From: Cirrosporium novae-zelandiae
Lineage: Eukaryota
NCBI GenBank assembly: GCA_026023565.1
Contig: JAPETS010000017.1
Coordinates: 310,001-374,000, forward strand
Length of the DNA: 64,000 bases
Direction of reading: 5' to 3'
The position numbers and the translations under genes are program-made. The notes beneath the pieces were generated by a model. That model searched no databases. It saw only the letters and a program-made list of their open reading frames with translations, and was not told the DNA's origin. Positions 48,885-62,600 of this stretch are shown here, in pieces. How positions within the stretch are numbered: position 1 is the stretch's first letter; every line of letters starts with the position of its first letter.

Positions 48885-51154
48885 ATGGCTGAATTACCAA
48901 TAATGGACGAGAAGCCAAAATCTTTCCTTCAACAATTCAATCCCAAGCATAATCACTATGCCAGGCTATTGCTTTATCTTGCTCTTTTCCTCACCTTGAT
49001 CATCGTACCGCTCATCCTCTTGATCATATTCGGTTTTACCCTGCATCCCCCAAAGGCAGCTCAAATCAACGAGCTTAAATTCGCGCCAATCCTGCCGCCC
49101 TCCTATCCGCTAGCAGTCCGCTCTCCATACCTCTCAGGTATTCCCCCTACCCTTCATCCTTGCATAAGATCCTTGTACCATGCATGACTTTTGCTTTTAT
49201 ATCTTCACATGCTAATCGATAGAAAGCTTGGTTACCTTTCTGGGGTTCAATCGATTTTACCAAATCCAAAGCACAATTCTGGGCTGGACAACAGTTGGAA
49301 TGGTCGGTCATCGCTCGTGTCAATGGCACTATTTATGCACTCTTTGGGGATCCGGGCGTTGGGGAACCAGCGGTGCTACAACATGCACAGTATATGACAA
49401 CAGCATCGGCCTTCACAGTGTTGGCTGGGAATACCACATTCTCCCTGACCTTCTTTTCGCCCGTGTCACCACATAATTACCTTCGACAGTCCTTACCCTT
49501 TAGCTATTTGACCATCACCATTGAATCTACTCTTTCACCAGATATCCAGGTGTACAGTGATATCGACTGCTCCTGGGCTGGACAACATCACACCAGCAAA
49601 GGTCCTTTGGCGTGTAAATGGACTTCCGATACTGTTAACCTTACAACACATTTTGAATTGTCACTGGATCAGCAAATTACATTTGGCGAGGTAAAACATA
49701 TGGCCCGCTGGGGCCAGGCTGTATATGCATCCAGGCCGTATTCAAGCTCGGTAATGTCAACGCAAACCGGGGATAGTAAAGCAGTTCGCACACAATTTGC
49801 AAACAATGGTAGTTTGACTGGTGCAAAACCTTCTTGGAGCCTTGATGGTGTCGTTGCATTTGCTCATGATCTACGGCCAAGTAAGGAAATTAATGGAACC
49901 TCTGTGACATTTGCTATCGGACATGAAAGGAACTCCTCCATTAATTACCTCGGATCTCATAGGACGGGCTATTACAGGGCAACATATCCTGACATTACAT
50001 CCGCTGTTGCACATTTCCTTGATGACTATAATGATGCTTATCTGGAGGCCTCCAAGCTGGATAGCGTGATTAGCAACCAAGCTATTAAAATATCCAACAA
50101 TTATTCAGATATTGCAAGACTTTCTGTTCTTCAAGTATTTGGTGCGATTGAGCTCACGATTCCGGAGAATGACCTTAATACAAGCGACGTTATGGCATTT
50201 GTTAAAGAAATTTCGAGTAATGGCAACATCCAAACGGTTGATCTTCTTTTTTCTGCATTTCCAATATTTTACACTATGAACCCAACGTTCATCAAACTCC
50301 TCATCGAGCCAACCCTCAGGTATCTCAATAAAGGTCACTGGCCCCACAAATGGATCATCCACGACCTTGGTACCCACTATCCCAATGCAACCGGGCACAA
50401 CAACGGAAAGGCCGAACAGATGCCCCTGGAAATATCAGGCGACATGATCATGCTTGCCTATGCATATCAGCTTGCTTCCAACGATACCGGGTTTATCCAA
50501 CCCTACCAATCTGTGCTTCATACTGCAGCTACTTACCTCTCTCAGAATGGCTGGAATCCATCCTTTCAGCTTGCCACAACTGATGCTGCAGGCAAGGCGG
50601 CCCATCAAGTTAACCTTGCCATCAAGTCCGCTCTCGGCATGATAGTCTACGACAAACTGTTTTCGGACAACACCCTTCGGGAAAACGGTACAGCACTCGC
50701 GAAAACGCTTTCTTCGGGTCTTGCCCTCAATACCAATAAAACCCATTTTGTCCTTAATTACCACAACGAAACTTCCTGGGCTGGTATATATAATCTCTAC
50801 CCCGACAAACTTCTCAACCTCGATATCTTCCCAGATTCCCTCTACACAATGCAGAGTAACTTCCTCCCCACAGTTCGGCAGGAAGCCGGAGTCCCCCTAG
50901 ACAGTCGAGTCGACTGGACCAAAACCGACTGGGATTCCTGGATCGCCGCCATCTCAACCAACAAAACTCGAGACATGTATATCAATGACATCCATGCCTA
51001 TCTCCGAAATGGGAAAAACGACGTCCCGTTTGCGGACCGATTTGCCGTGAGCGGACCTAAAATGGGGCACCATGAATTGACCAAATGCAGACCAGCCACC
51101 GGAGCGCATTTTGCATTGATAGCATTGGAGGGTGGTCCGGATGTATTGGGATGA
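48885..51154 (+). CDS. GtaA (glutaminase A)-family protein with N-terminal membrane anchor
   Basis: TM segment LLLYLALFLTLIIVPLILLIIFGF, PILPPSYPLAVRSPYLS/AWLP, FFSPVSPHNYLRQSLPFSYL, FVKEISSNGNIQTVD, IHDLGTHYPNATGH, EQMPLE, NLAIK, GVPLDSR. Intron 49138-49226. Confidence 0.88.
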
Positions 51155-51738
51155 AATGAATACCAGCCGATAGAAACGGCTGTTATGTTATGATTTATGA
51201 CTGAATATTATGGGCGTTGAATAAAACGGGAGGGAAGCATACAAAATCTTTTTGGGGTAACGTTAGCATACTATGTATGTGTATACATTGGTCAGGCTCA
51301 GGAGGACCGATTGAGTGGCACTTAGAAAATTTGCCCTACTATTATAGATAGATATTCCAAGACGCAAGTACCAAACCAAATGCACGAAATAAATGTCCAT
51401 TCGAACGATAGTAATAACTATTTAAGGCTCTGCACAAATTAGAATAAATTATAATTAATTATAGGAGCATATCACTCGTCCCAAGGGATCTACTAAATTT
51501 TTCTCACGGAATGAATCGAGGATGACTTGAAATAGTCCAATTCCATGTGGAGGTTTCTTGCTACAACAGTAGTTACACAGTATTTACTATTCATGTTGGA
51601 GATGGAATAAAGTTACAACTTCCGTCTGATCCGCGTCGTACTGTGGCTTACTTACTGTGGCATACTGTGGCATACTGTGGTACATTGTCTCCCAACTTGC
51701 GGCAGATTGAGCATGATTCTAAACCTTCTTTGCCTGAT

Positions 51739-51798
51739 CCTCTCACCTCTCACCTCTCACCTCTCACCTCTCACCTCTCACCTCTCACCTCTCACCTC
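51739..51798 (+). repeat. (CCTCTCA)n heptanucleotide tandem repeat, ~8 units
   Basis: Read directly. Confidence 0.92.
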
Positions 51799-52559
51799 CC
51801 AACCTCTCGCCGAGGAAGCAAATATCAAATTACCAAACTCAAGTCGAAATAGCTAGTTAATTCAAATGGCCCATTGTCGCAGGATCAGCAAAAGACTAAT
51901 CTTGAAAAATAATCTTCTCAAACTTGCTCAACGCTTTTTTACAGTAAACTATTTCCTTGCCTCTCCACAATCAATGCATTATGCTATCTTTCTTTCTCCA
52001 CACATTTTCAAATGCCGAAGAACTATCTAGCCAACTAGCTAAGGAGTTGAGATGATCTGAAACCTTGATCTCTCTCTCTTTTTTTTTTCTCGCGAGGGTA
52101 TCAAACTCCACATATAAACTAGGTGTTAACCATTAGTACTATGTATTCGGTGAATATCGCGAACCTTCTTGATAGCATCATCATGGCTGCTGGATGTGCG
52201 TATGTGTTCAAACATGCTCGAATTTGAAAGTCACGCATTTACTTACTCCCTTGATCCTGCAGTGATACAGAACATGAGGTTGAGCTTTGCTTAACCTACT
52301 GATAGGCCCCCCTAGGTGATTGATATCCCAACAGCTAATAAAAGCAAAAGCGCTTCTCCCATAATACTCAAAATATATACACCTGTCAAGAACAAACAAG
52401 CAAATCCCTCCATCCATATACAAAAGCATCTTCCCTCACATATTTTTTATTTCCTCTCCAAAAATACTTACCCAAGGAATCTATACGTCTTCTTATAACC
52501 CTCTCTCCCTCCCCTAAGCATACATACACATACCTATACATACATAAAAGTTTTCAAAA

Positions 52560-53353
52560 ATGTGCGGTAGCAACACCAACAACACCATCTCATCCGGCGA
52601 CGCAATTGTGATCGTCCACCCCACCCCCGGAAGCAACTCAGAGTTCCGAGCGCGGTTTCGATTATCGAACAAACGAGGAGGAGCGGAAGGTCCAACGGAA
52701 TTAATGTGGGAGACAGTGGGGGAAGAAGTGGAAGTGGAAGTGGAATCGGAACCAATATCGAGGATATGTGAGGGGATGGGAAGTAGGAATTTGGAAATTA
52801 GGATTCAGTGAGCTTCTTTTTTTTTAAAAAAAAAGCATCGGTTCTATTTTCAATGATTGGGTTTGTAGAGTAGCTGGCTCGATCAAGAGCAGAGGATGAT
52901 GCTATATTATGGCACCTCAACCCCCTACCCATCCATCCCCATTCCACCCTCATCCCCAAAGAACCCCCCAATACCTAACTAACCTACCCTCCCATCCCAA
53001 GTCAATACGGTGATCTCCGAAGCAACCTCCCAACTTCTCCGTCTCCAGCCCCCCGATCATCATCATCATCATCACCAACAAACCCAATCCTCCACTCCAT
53101 ACTCCTCGATAAAAACCAGACCTCTTTCCTCAGAGAGATAATACGAGACGACGATAGCGACGTCGATGAAGACCACCACCGGCAGCGGCAGCAGCAACGT
53201 ATCGCTCGATTCGACCAACGGCTCGGTTTGCATGTTGGTATCGACGGCGTTATAGGACGTATGGTTTCAGTTGTTGTTGTGGGGTTTGAAGAAGAAGAAG
53301 AAGAGGCTCTGAAAACAACAACCATAGGGACAGGGGTTGTGGGATGGTATTGA
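52560..53353 (+). CDS. Cryptic two-exon gene, 199 aa, resembling a degenerate Cu/Zn-SOD/CCS-domain-2 fold
   Basis: Exon 1 52560-52807, intron 52808-53001 (GTGAGC...CTAAC...AAG), exon 2 53002-53353. The 600 nt are in frame. The junction makes LEIRIHQYGDL and the C-terminus reads LGLHVGIDGVIGRMVSV...IGTGVVGWY*. Confidence 0.68.
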
Positions 53354-53571
53354 TTATTTAACACGAAAAAGCTAAAGGGCTGACGTCAAAGCCGATGGGT
53401 AATTAACTAATTACTTGTATGGGCATTTTATTTTGTACATGTACGATTTCTTCAACTTCTAGAATTTAAGATCATGTTTTTTTTTGTTTTTTGCTTCTGT
53501 GAAGCCATCTTCTTATATATCACACTTACTCCATGAAAACCATTCATTACCGTTATTTTTAAAACATGCCA

Positions 53572-53652
53572 ACTCTACTCTACTTTACTCTACTCTATTC
53601 TACTCTACTCTACTCTACCCTGCATTCATCAGCAGTCCAGTCCAGTCCAGTC
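53572..53652 (+). repeat. Imperfect (TACTC)n and (CAGTC)n pentamer repeats
   Basis: Read directly in the convergent intergenic region. Confidence 0.8.
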
Positions 53653-54091
53653 CATTCATAGACCAGAAAGAAAAAAATACCATCTACAATAAAAAAACCC
53701 TTTACTTTATATAAAAAAAGCATTCTCTAAGATACCTTAAACCCTAAACCCCCAACGACAACAATTTCATCTGGCATGCATGCATCATCAGATAAGCAAT
53801 TTGGATATGGAAAAACATTCGGCAAACAAGTACGTACAAACAAAACAAAATGCTTTGAGTACTGTGTGGCCTCATCATCATTAGAACAAAAAAAAACTTC
53901 GAGCTTCGGGATCCCAACCAAAAAATTTATTTCCAAATTCAACAACTAAGTTTCCTTTGCACATTTCACGTTCCACATTCATATTCACCAAGAAAGAATG
54001 TAAAGGTATAGACAATACCCTATTGAAGTCTCGTTTGAACATAATGTTGAAAGGTGGCTATAAGTTATTTGGAAAAAACAAATGAAAAAAA

Positions 54092-57000
54092 TCAGAGGGG
54101 GGGTTGACTTTCTATACTCTTTGGTGGAGGCTGACTTCCTATACTCTTCGGTGGAGCTTGAAACCAACCTCCCTTCGCAAAGTCCACTGGTTTAGAGTTT
54201 CGACGTTTGTTTATGTCCAAAACGCCCGCCATCAACTCAACTAGACGTTTGAAATCGACCGGTTTGAGGACCCATCCATCAAATCCAGCCTCAATATACA
54301 TAGGTTGTTTTTCTTTGAATAGTGAAGCCGAGACAGCAAAAATAGCAACTCGGTCCACACCTTCTGCCGTTTCTGATAACGTGATCGGGTGTTGATCTTC
54401 AAGTGACCTAATCATCCGAGTTGACGTGAAACCATCGACAATAGGCATCCCAAGGTCCATCAAGATAAGGTCGACGCTACGGCGATTTGATCGAAAGACA
54501 TTATAACATTCCTTTCCGTCTCGGCTTACTTTTGTTTCATGCCCCATCTTCTCAAGTCGCTTTTGTAATATCTGAACATTGACTGGGTTATCCTCTGCAA
54601 TAAGAATCATGAGAGGAATCTTTGGTAATAGGTCTCTGGGGTTCGAATTGCGCAGAACCGACTTTGGTTGATCCACTCTTTGAGAATAGTATTCTATAGT
54701 CTTCATGCTAGGATCGTGCACGGACCCTGAACTCGAAGACGTTATTGACCAACGTCGAGGCAAAGATCCTGGAAAGGCAATGTTCATCCCAGGATGCAGA
54801 TACTGCTCAAAGTGATGTGTTTGAAGGGGGTGTGAAGCCTCGGAACAAAGCGTGAAAGGAACCCGCAGAGTGAATGTCGAGCCTTTGAAAACTTTCGATA
54901 TGACACGAAGTTGACCATTTCTAATTCGTACGAAACGAGCAACAAGGGACAATCCAAGGCCAATCTGTAATGCCTGTCTTTGCCGAAGAGCCGTACATTC
55001 CTCTGGTTCCTGTGTGCCTGTATTTGATTCATTTTCATCAGATACCTGCTCAAGCTCTTGAAACAAAGTATCAAGTTGCTGTTCAGACATTCCTGGTCCA
55101 GTGTCCTCGACGGCAATCTCAAGTTCACATTCCATGTTATTAGCAGCAATCTGCCTCAGCTCTACGACAATGCTGCCAGAGGATGTATATATGATAGCAT
55201 TAGAAATAAGCGCAGAAACTGCCGACTGTAGGCCTCGTCTATCTCCTCTAACGAATTGTGGGAATCCTAATTGTTCAGCAACTCTGAAGGTAAGAGATTT
55301 GGTAAGGGCATGGTTCTTTAGAGGCGCTATCACTTCTTCGATGGCTGCCTTGATATCATACCCCTCCTCAAGAAGTGGTTCATCTTCCCTGCTTTGGGTT
55401 AGGTGCAGGAGATCATCTATCACGTAGATGAGTGACTTCGACGCCGAATGCGACTTGGATAGCATATCCTGTGTTGATGGATCCAGGGGCTTTTCCATAG
55501 CAATCTCCAAGTAGTTTATGACAGCATTGAGAGGAGTTCGCACTTGGAGGGTCAGCTGGAATACTTGAAAGAATTGCAATCGATACTAACGCTCATGGGA
55601 GGTGTTTAGGAGTAGCATGCGCTTCAGCCTCGTCTCTTGAATCATTGCTTCTTTCTGCCGCCAGACCTCGATGAACTTTCCGTAAACGATCCTCAGAATA
55701 GTAGCGGTATCAACTAAAAAAACCTCTTAATTTACCAAGGAATATTCAATTTGGGTATATGAAAGACTCACGTTGGTCCTCTGTCCACTCTATACTGGTG
55801 CCATGTACAAGTTCTGTCCATTTTTGGAAGCTGTCTCTGGGTTCCAGTCTTCCATATTGCTTAGGGGACGCATAAGGGTTCCCAGCCCAATTCACCTCCT
55901 TCGACTGGTCTTTCCTAAAAAATAATATAAAATCTGAGCCCTCACCCGACAAGGGTACAAAGAGCAAGCCGGCAATCATCTGAAAGCCCGGTGAATACTT
56001 TATATCAGTGAAATCAGTGGATATGTTATTTGATGATATAATATTTGTGAACTTTCGGAAATAGACATATCGCAGCAGGGTCACGGCTTCTCGGTATGAT
56101 GCAAGTTTACCTATAGCTCTTGCCTCTCCTTTGACGACCAAGAGGCCGAAATCAGCACTGAAAAGTGCTAAGATATCATCCGATGATGCAGCGATACAGC
56201 TGTTCGGTGATATCTCTGTCCTGATGGTGTCAATAACTTTGCGCGACTGTAAACTCTTTGCATGAAGAAGCTTTTGCAAACAGGTCGAAGCACAAAGTCC
56301 CACCCAATAGCAAATCTCACGGATGGGAAATGAGACCTTTGTACCAATTGTACCATAGGAATGACAGCAAATCAGGCCCCACAGTTCATTCTTAGAATCA
56401 AGGGATATCGATAAAGAGGACTGGACACCCATATTCTTAAGATATTTGAGATGTACAGGAGACATAGCCCTTAGGTACGAATGGGTGAGATTAAGAGGAG
56501 TAGAGAGATCATCAATCGTCCTACAAACGAGTCTGGCAGGCTGTGATTCACGATCAAATAACAAACGAACTTTGTTGATTCTGTACAACGCGCGAGCTTG
56601 CTCTGGAATATCACTTGCAGGAAAATGAAGGCCCATATAGACATCTTGAGATGCTCGTGGATCTATAACTTCTGCGGCAACGATTCCGTTTTTTTGCCTA
56701 TCAAATTGATATATCATCACTCGATGGAATTTGGTAAGGTCTTTTACTATGCCCGCAATTGTATCCAATAGGTCTGTGACGGTCTCAACAGATGTAAGCT
56801 GCTGCTGAATATTAGACATGACGCCGACCATCTCCAGCACTCGGCCTTCACCAGTTTGAAGATCATGAAGCTTAGAAAATTCCAATGGCTGACTATTTGT
56901 AATAAGACTCGGGTTAGTAGTATCATGGAGCCTGTCACTATCGAGGGTGCTGACTGGTACCATAGGGAAGTCCGCCTCGGCTAAGGCTGCAAGACTCGAA

Positions 57001-57882
57001 GTGTCCTGTTGCTGTTCAAACTCGCAAACAAGGAGATTTTGACTATCCCCGACAAAATGCATAGCACACCACATTTGAATGTCAATGCCCTTAGGGTCTG
57101 CGAGCGTAATAGGGAATACCCTGGGTTCGGCTGTGACAGATGACTTCTTGTACTGAGTTTGAACGGTTTTAGCGTGCCCAATAAATTGGCTTCTCTGACT
57201 AGCGGACACAGCATCAAGAAATGTGGGTAAAGCGAATAACTGTGTAGGAGTATAGTGGCATAAAGTTTCAACGTTCTCACTTGCAATGCGTACAACCAGC
57301 GCCCCATCATCCTCCTCTTTTAGAGCAACTAGCATCCCGAAGGACTGGATAGCACCCGGAATATGAATTGGCTCATCCTCACATTTTTGAAAAACTCTCC
57401 TCTTACCCTTTACAGTCCCATGACTATCTTCTCCCACAACGGCGTATTCATATCTCTCAGTGTAGAATTTATCAGAGGGCTCGTCCTCGTGATCAGGGGA
57501 ACTGTCCTCTTCTGGAGGATGAGAATGAGGGTTGTCGACATTTGGAGTATCAAGGCTTGGCGAAGTAGCCTCTTTGCTCGAATTGGACTCGGGCGTTGGA
57601 CTTGGGGAGCCTTCTTTGGATAAATTCGCCAGATTGGCTGGTGGAGAAGGCGAGTTATGGTTCGAAGGAGAGTTTAGTACCTGAGGTAGATCAGGCCTTT
57701 CGTCCTCAGGCTCAACGACCACGAAATTCTTCCCATCAACTGCGAAAAGGCACGGAACGAGTTAGATTGCTGCATTTGGACGGGTCGTTGGATATGTGCT
57801 TGAGCGCACCTGCACCATCAGCAGATAAGTAAGGAGAACTGCTGATAATGGAACAACGAATTGGGAAGACTCGTTCCTCCAT
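54092..57882 (-). CDS. Fungal phytochrome (PAS2-GAF-PHY-HisKA-HATPase-REC hybrid histidine kinase)
   Basis: MEERVFPIR start, FQKCEDEPIHIPGAIQSFG (bilin Cys), FHRVMIYQFD, HFPASDIPEQAR, LRAMSPVHLKYLKNMGV, LEPRDSFQKW (PRxSF), spliced SHELRTPLN H-box, DTGPGM, GLGL, receiver AEDNPVN...LMDLGMP...KP. Three introns. Confidence 0.94.
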
Positions 57883-59688
57883 GAATGAGCGGCGGCTCGC
57901 TCCACCCGATTAGACGCGATAAAGCGACTTTCCCACGATGGTCTGTGGTCGCTGAGACAGTTGATGGTGGACACGGAGCACAGTGGGCACGGATAATGAC
58001 GACAGAATCTGAACCTTCAACTGTGCTAAAAGCTCTAAAGAATTGCTTAATGACAATTGGCGAGATGATTGGTACCGTGTACATCATTGATGGAAAGGTT
58101 GGTGGGACTTTGATGACTCTGGGCTGTTCAGAGCAGGTTAGGCAAATTTTTAGAAGCTGGTAGGGCCTGGTAGGGGTATATCTCCGTCCCTCCAACAGGG
58201 CAAGGCTCTTCTCCTAGGTCCGACTGGCGGCCATTTTTTCTCTTCTCTTTTCTATTTTCTCCACCATGAATCAATTGACTTCATTTTCTATAAGTCATGG
58301 ACGTATCGGGTAAACTTTATTTAACTGGGATTGGTTCATGGGACAATTTTTGGGTTTTTATTTTTTACTTTTTACTTTTTTACGTTGAAGTTTCCAATTT
58401 TTAAAATGGTCCCTGCGTCTGTTAGTTGGGAGGCTTAATCTTCCGTCTCACAGTACCGTATACTACACACAGTACTACACAGTACTACACATTACTACAC
58501 ATTACTACACATTACTATCAGTATAAATACCCTCTTTGGTAATTATGAATTGATTAATTACATCCCTAGACAGGTAGGTAATCAGTGAAACCAAAGAGTG
58601 AAATGACCCAAGTCACGTGATACGGTGAGCGTTTGGGATAAATTTCTAATTAATGTACTATTTATTCTGCTGCACAATATTTATTCAAGGCAGACTCTGG
58701 CAACTGATCCAACAGAAGCATTTCTTCAAATCTTCAATGTAACCTTATGGGAAGAAGATTTACCTTTGAGACCTTTCCCTCCCTTTCCTGCCCTTTCATT
58801 GGCTAGATTATTACCAATAGAAATAAACTTAGCCAACCGAAAGCTTCACATGCCAAAATGAATGCCTGAGTGCCTGGGTGCCTGGATGGTGCCTGGGTCA
58901 AGAGATGGTTTCGCGTGATGGATACAAATGGATACCTTGAAATTGAGGGTCGAGGAAACATTAACCCGCCCTCCCGTCATGCTCTTATGCTCGTCATCTT
59001 TCCGCCTTGTTTAACGCTAACTCTCCCTCAATTTCCATTCAAAGCCAACAGAGTGTGTTGCCTGATACCTCAAACACTTCAATATTCATTAACATCAATG
59101 TCCTTACCCCATACAGGTGGTCACTGTCCGCGTAATCTTCAGACCCCATGTTAACTTTGCTCGAAGTGGTCGTCCATTTGGACAAATTGGAAGCTATGTC
59201 GCTCTATTTTGAAGTCCGAAATAGGGATGGAATCAGGTGAAATCTATCTTCATACAGGGCCTACAGAAAACCTGGGGCGGGATGAAAGGAGAAAAAAAGC
59301 ACACAAGAAACCCTCAGTCATCGCTGCCGCTGGATTTTTGCTATGGTGTGATCTGGCTAATTTCGCAGGATCTCTGTAACAGGGACACCTCAGGATATCT
59401 GATCCTTTCCTTGTGATGAAAGTTATGTGTGTCTTGTCGGATCAACTTGATCAAGTCAAGAGACACCCACCATGGATCAGTCCTTGAAAGGGTTGTTACA
59501 TCAACTAGATTCTTTCCATTTCTCTCTGGCACAGACATAACTTATCTCTCAATTCCATGCATTATATATTCATCTCCTGTTCTCGCTATTTTTTATTCAG
59601 GCTTGACTTCCACTGTTATTCTTATCATATATATATATATTGGATATTCCCTGCATAAACGCTTCAAACTATTGACATTCTTTTGAAA

Positions 59689-60902
59689 ATGTTGTTCATT
59701 ACACTCCTTACTTATGCGACCTTTATAAGATTTGGCCTAGCTAGCTATGTTCTTGAAGATGATTATGGAACGACTGACTTTTTCGATAACTTCGATTTCT
59801 ATACAGTAAGAAATCATCCCTGACTGCAATAGGACATGGATGATACTAAATTTACTTGCAAGGGAACTGATCCTACAAATGGATTTGTTGATTATGTCGA
59901 CCAGTCTACTGCTGAAAGTACAGGGCTGATTAGCACTGGGAGCACAGTTTATATGGGAGCGGACCATACCAATGTTGCTTCCAGTAGTGGACGAGAGAGT
60001 GTTCGGATCAGTAGCACCAAGACATATAACCATGGATTGTTTATTCTAGACCTCTCGCATATGCCAGGAAATGCATGCGGTTCCTGGCCTGCATTGTGAG
60101 TATTTTCGTGGATGCCTATTAACCATCAATACTAATATATTTTCAATAGCTGGCTGCTTGGATTGCCTACTTGGCCAGACGACGGGGAGATTGACATTAT
60201 TGAGGGGATCAACAGTCAAATTGGAAATGATATGACACTCCACACATCTTCCGGCTGCTCTATCACCAACAGTGGCGATTTTACTGGTACCGAATATAGT
60301 TCGGATTGTTACGGTGGCGATAACGACAATACAGGTTGCCAGATTCAGGGGTCGACAAATACGGCAACTTATGGAGACGACTTCAACAGCGCCGGTGGTG
60401 GAGTCTACGCGACAGAATGGACCAGCGATGTTATTCAAATTTGGTTTTTTGAGTCAGGGAGCATTCCATCAGATATTACTAGTGGCTCTCCTGTTCCGTC
60501 AGGGTGGGGCACACCGCTTGCCAAATTTTCACTAAGTTGCGACATCGACTCTCATTTTATTGACATGGAAATTGTAAATATCCGTACTCCACTAAAACTG
60601 TTCTGAGACTAACGATGCGGCAGGTTTTCGATATAACTTTCTGTGGTGACTGGGCTGGGCAGTCCTCGATATGGAGCTCTGATTCTACCTGCTCTGCCTT
60701 GGATTCCAGCTGCGATGACTACGTTATGAACAACCCTAGTGCCTTTGAGAGCACTTACTGGACAATCAATTCTCTCAAAGTCTACTCCGACTCTACAAGT
60801 TATAAACGTGAGGTCATGGGTAACAACGGGACGGTGGCACATGGAAACATGAGGAGGCATCTTAGGCCTCAATACCACAGACGACAAGGAGGATTCTTCT
60901 AG
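59689..60902 (+). CDS. Secreted GH16 endo-1,3(4)-beta-glucanase (Lam16A-like)
   Basis: Signal peptide, FFDNFDFYT/GTDPTNGFVDYVD, GRESVRISS, HMPGNACGSWPA, GEIDIIEG (ExDxxE), GGGVYATEW, FDITFCGDWAG. Three introns. Confidence 0.93.
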
Positions 60903-62600
60903 ACGACTTCAATCATGATGTAACTTTAAATATATGTATGGATTTCGACTTCTCTTTTTCTGATCAAATTATTATTCGAATCAAGATGGGGTTTTTGAGT
61001 TTTTGATTTGATACGTATTTATGCTTAAGAAAGATAGCTATTCATTGGAAATGCTCTCGAAATATATAGCCTGCTTCTGTGAAGCTGTAAACTAATTACT
61101 TTTCTATTAGAAATGAGTAATGCTAGAGGCCGCTGACGGAATAAGCGTGTCGTCTCTGGTTAGCACCATATACGGCTAGCCTCGTTAAGGAATAATTAGC
61201 TTGGCTATTTATGGAGTGCTTTTCATGGAATTGAACTTTGCCCTCAATATATCATGGACTCGATTGATCATACCACGCGTGTCATCGTTCCCAAAGAGAG
61301 TTGCTTTCCCATATGTTTGTATAAAGGTATGAGGATAAAATGTTTCGCTTTGCAAAGACTACGAATGAAAAAAAAGGAATGCTTGGAGTAGAGTAACTTA
61401 GGTTCGAAGAAGCTCACAAATATCTACATATTAGCCTTGATACCCACTGAAAACGTGTATAGGTAGTTGGAAAGACCCTCTATACTAGATTACTGTTTTA
61501 TGTGAACACCTTTCGTCTGGCTCTATAATTGTTGTTCGGGGACCTTGAAATTTGATTTGTCTAGAGTCTCTAGAAGCAGCAATCATTTGAGGAGCTCTGC
61601 AGTGCTGTACTTGGAATAAACCCAGACAGGTTGGAGGACTTGATCGGACCGCTGCAATGTTCTCCACTTTGATGACAGATCTCATATCCCGGAATGGATG
61701 CGCATCCGTTTATGAAATACTCGAGGAGCCTCCGGATAAAATATGCCTACACTCGTTCAACTTTGTTTGGTACGCCCACTCACATTTTGGCAAACCTGAT
61801 TTGAACTACCGACATAAACCCATCGCCAATATTCTCGGATTCACTTAATCAAGACCTGATGCTGTTCAAAGATATCAGGGGACGGCATTTTCATGCGACT
61901 TGTTCCTGATTACGTAGGCCTTGATCAGGGATACCCTTCAACCACTAAGTGTTCCTAGATGTCTCAAAGTCAAGCTCTCTTTACTACCTAGGCGTTACAC
62001 TGCAGTTTGTTACTGGAGCCTGAGCTTAAGGCAATACTAATCCATATAGTCCGAGGTAATTTAACAATAACCCCCCTATCATTCCTATTTATCAGACTGT
62101 CTAGATTGAGTCGGCCCTCGAACGTTACCTTGCCTTTTCAAGTTTTATCGAGACTATTCCTCTAGCTCCATGTACCCCTCAATACTATGTTTCTAACCCA
62201 TCTGTTTTCATTTATCCCCACAATCTTCTCCGCAAACCAGTTCCACGTACATCCAACGTTGCGAACGTTGCTGTGGAGCCGAAACGGGCCGATCCTTGGC
62301 GGCGATCGATCGGTTGGGGATATACTGGCCAGGATGAGAGCACGTTCATTCTCCAGGGGCAAGTATTTTGTTCTTTCTCTTCATCTTTTCTAATATCTGC
62401 TTGTTGCCTTCATCCGATCATAAACAGTCAATCAATATTCTCATGGATTTTTCTTCCCGAGATTCATTGATGGGAGAGCAATTCTCGGCTCCACTAACAT
62501 GTCGTCAAAATCGAATTGTACTGTATCTTATGGCCTAGAATAGTATAAATAGAGCTATACGCTACCACGATGAACCGCTATCCTTCTGCATCGTCCCGCA

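Noticed and set aside
61100..62470. Short ORFs between the GH16 and beta-helix genes as a transposon relic
   Set aside because: No transposase, RT or TIR signatures were recognised.
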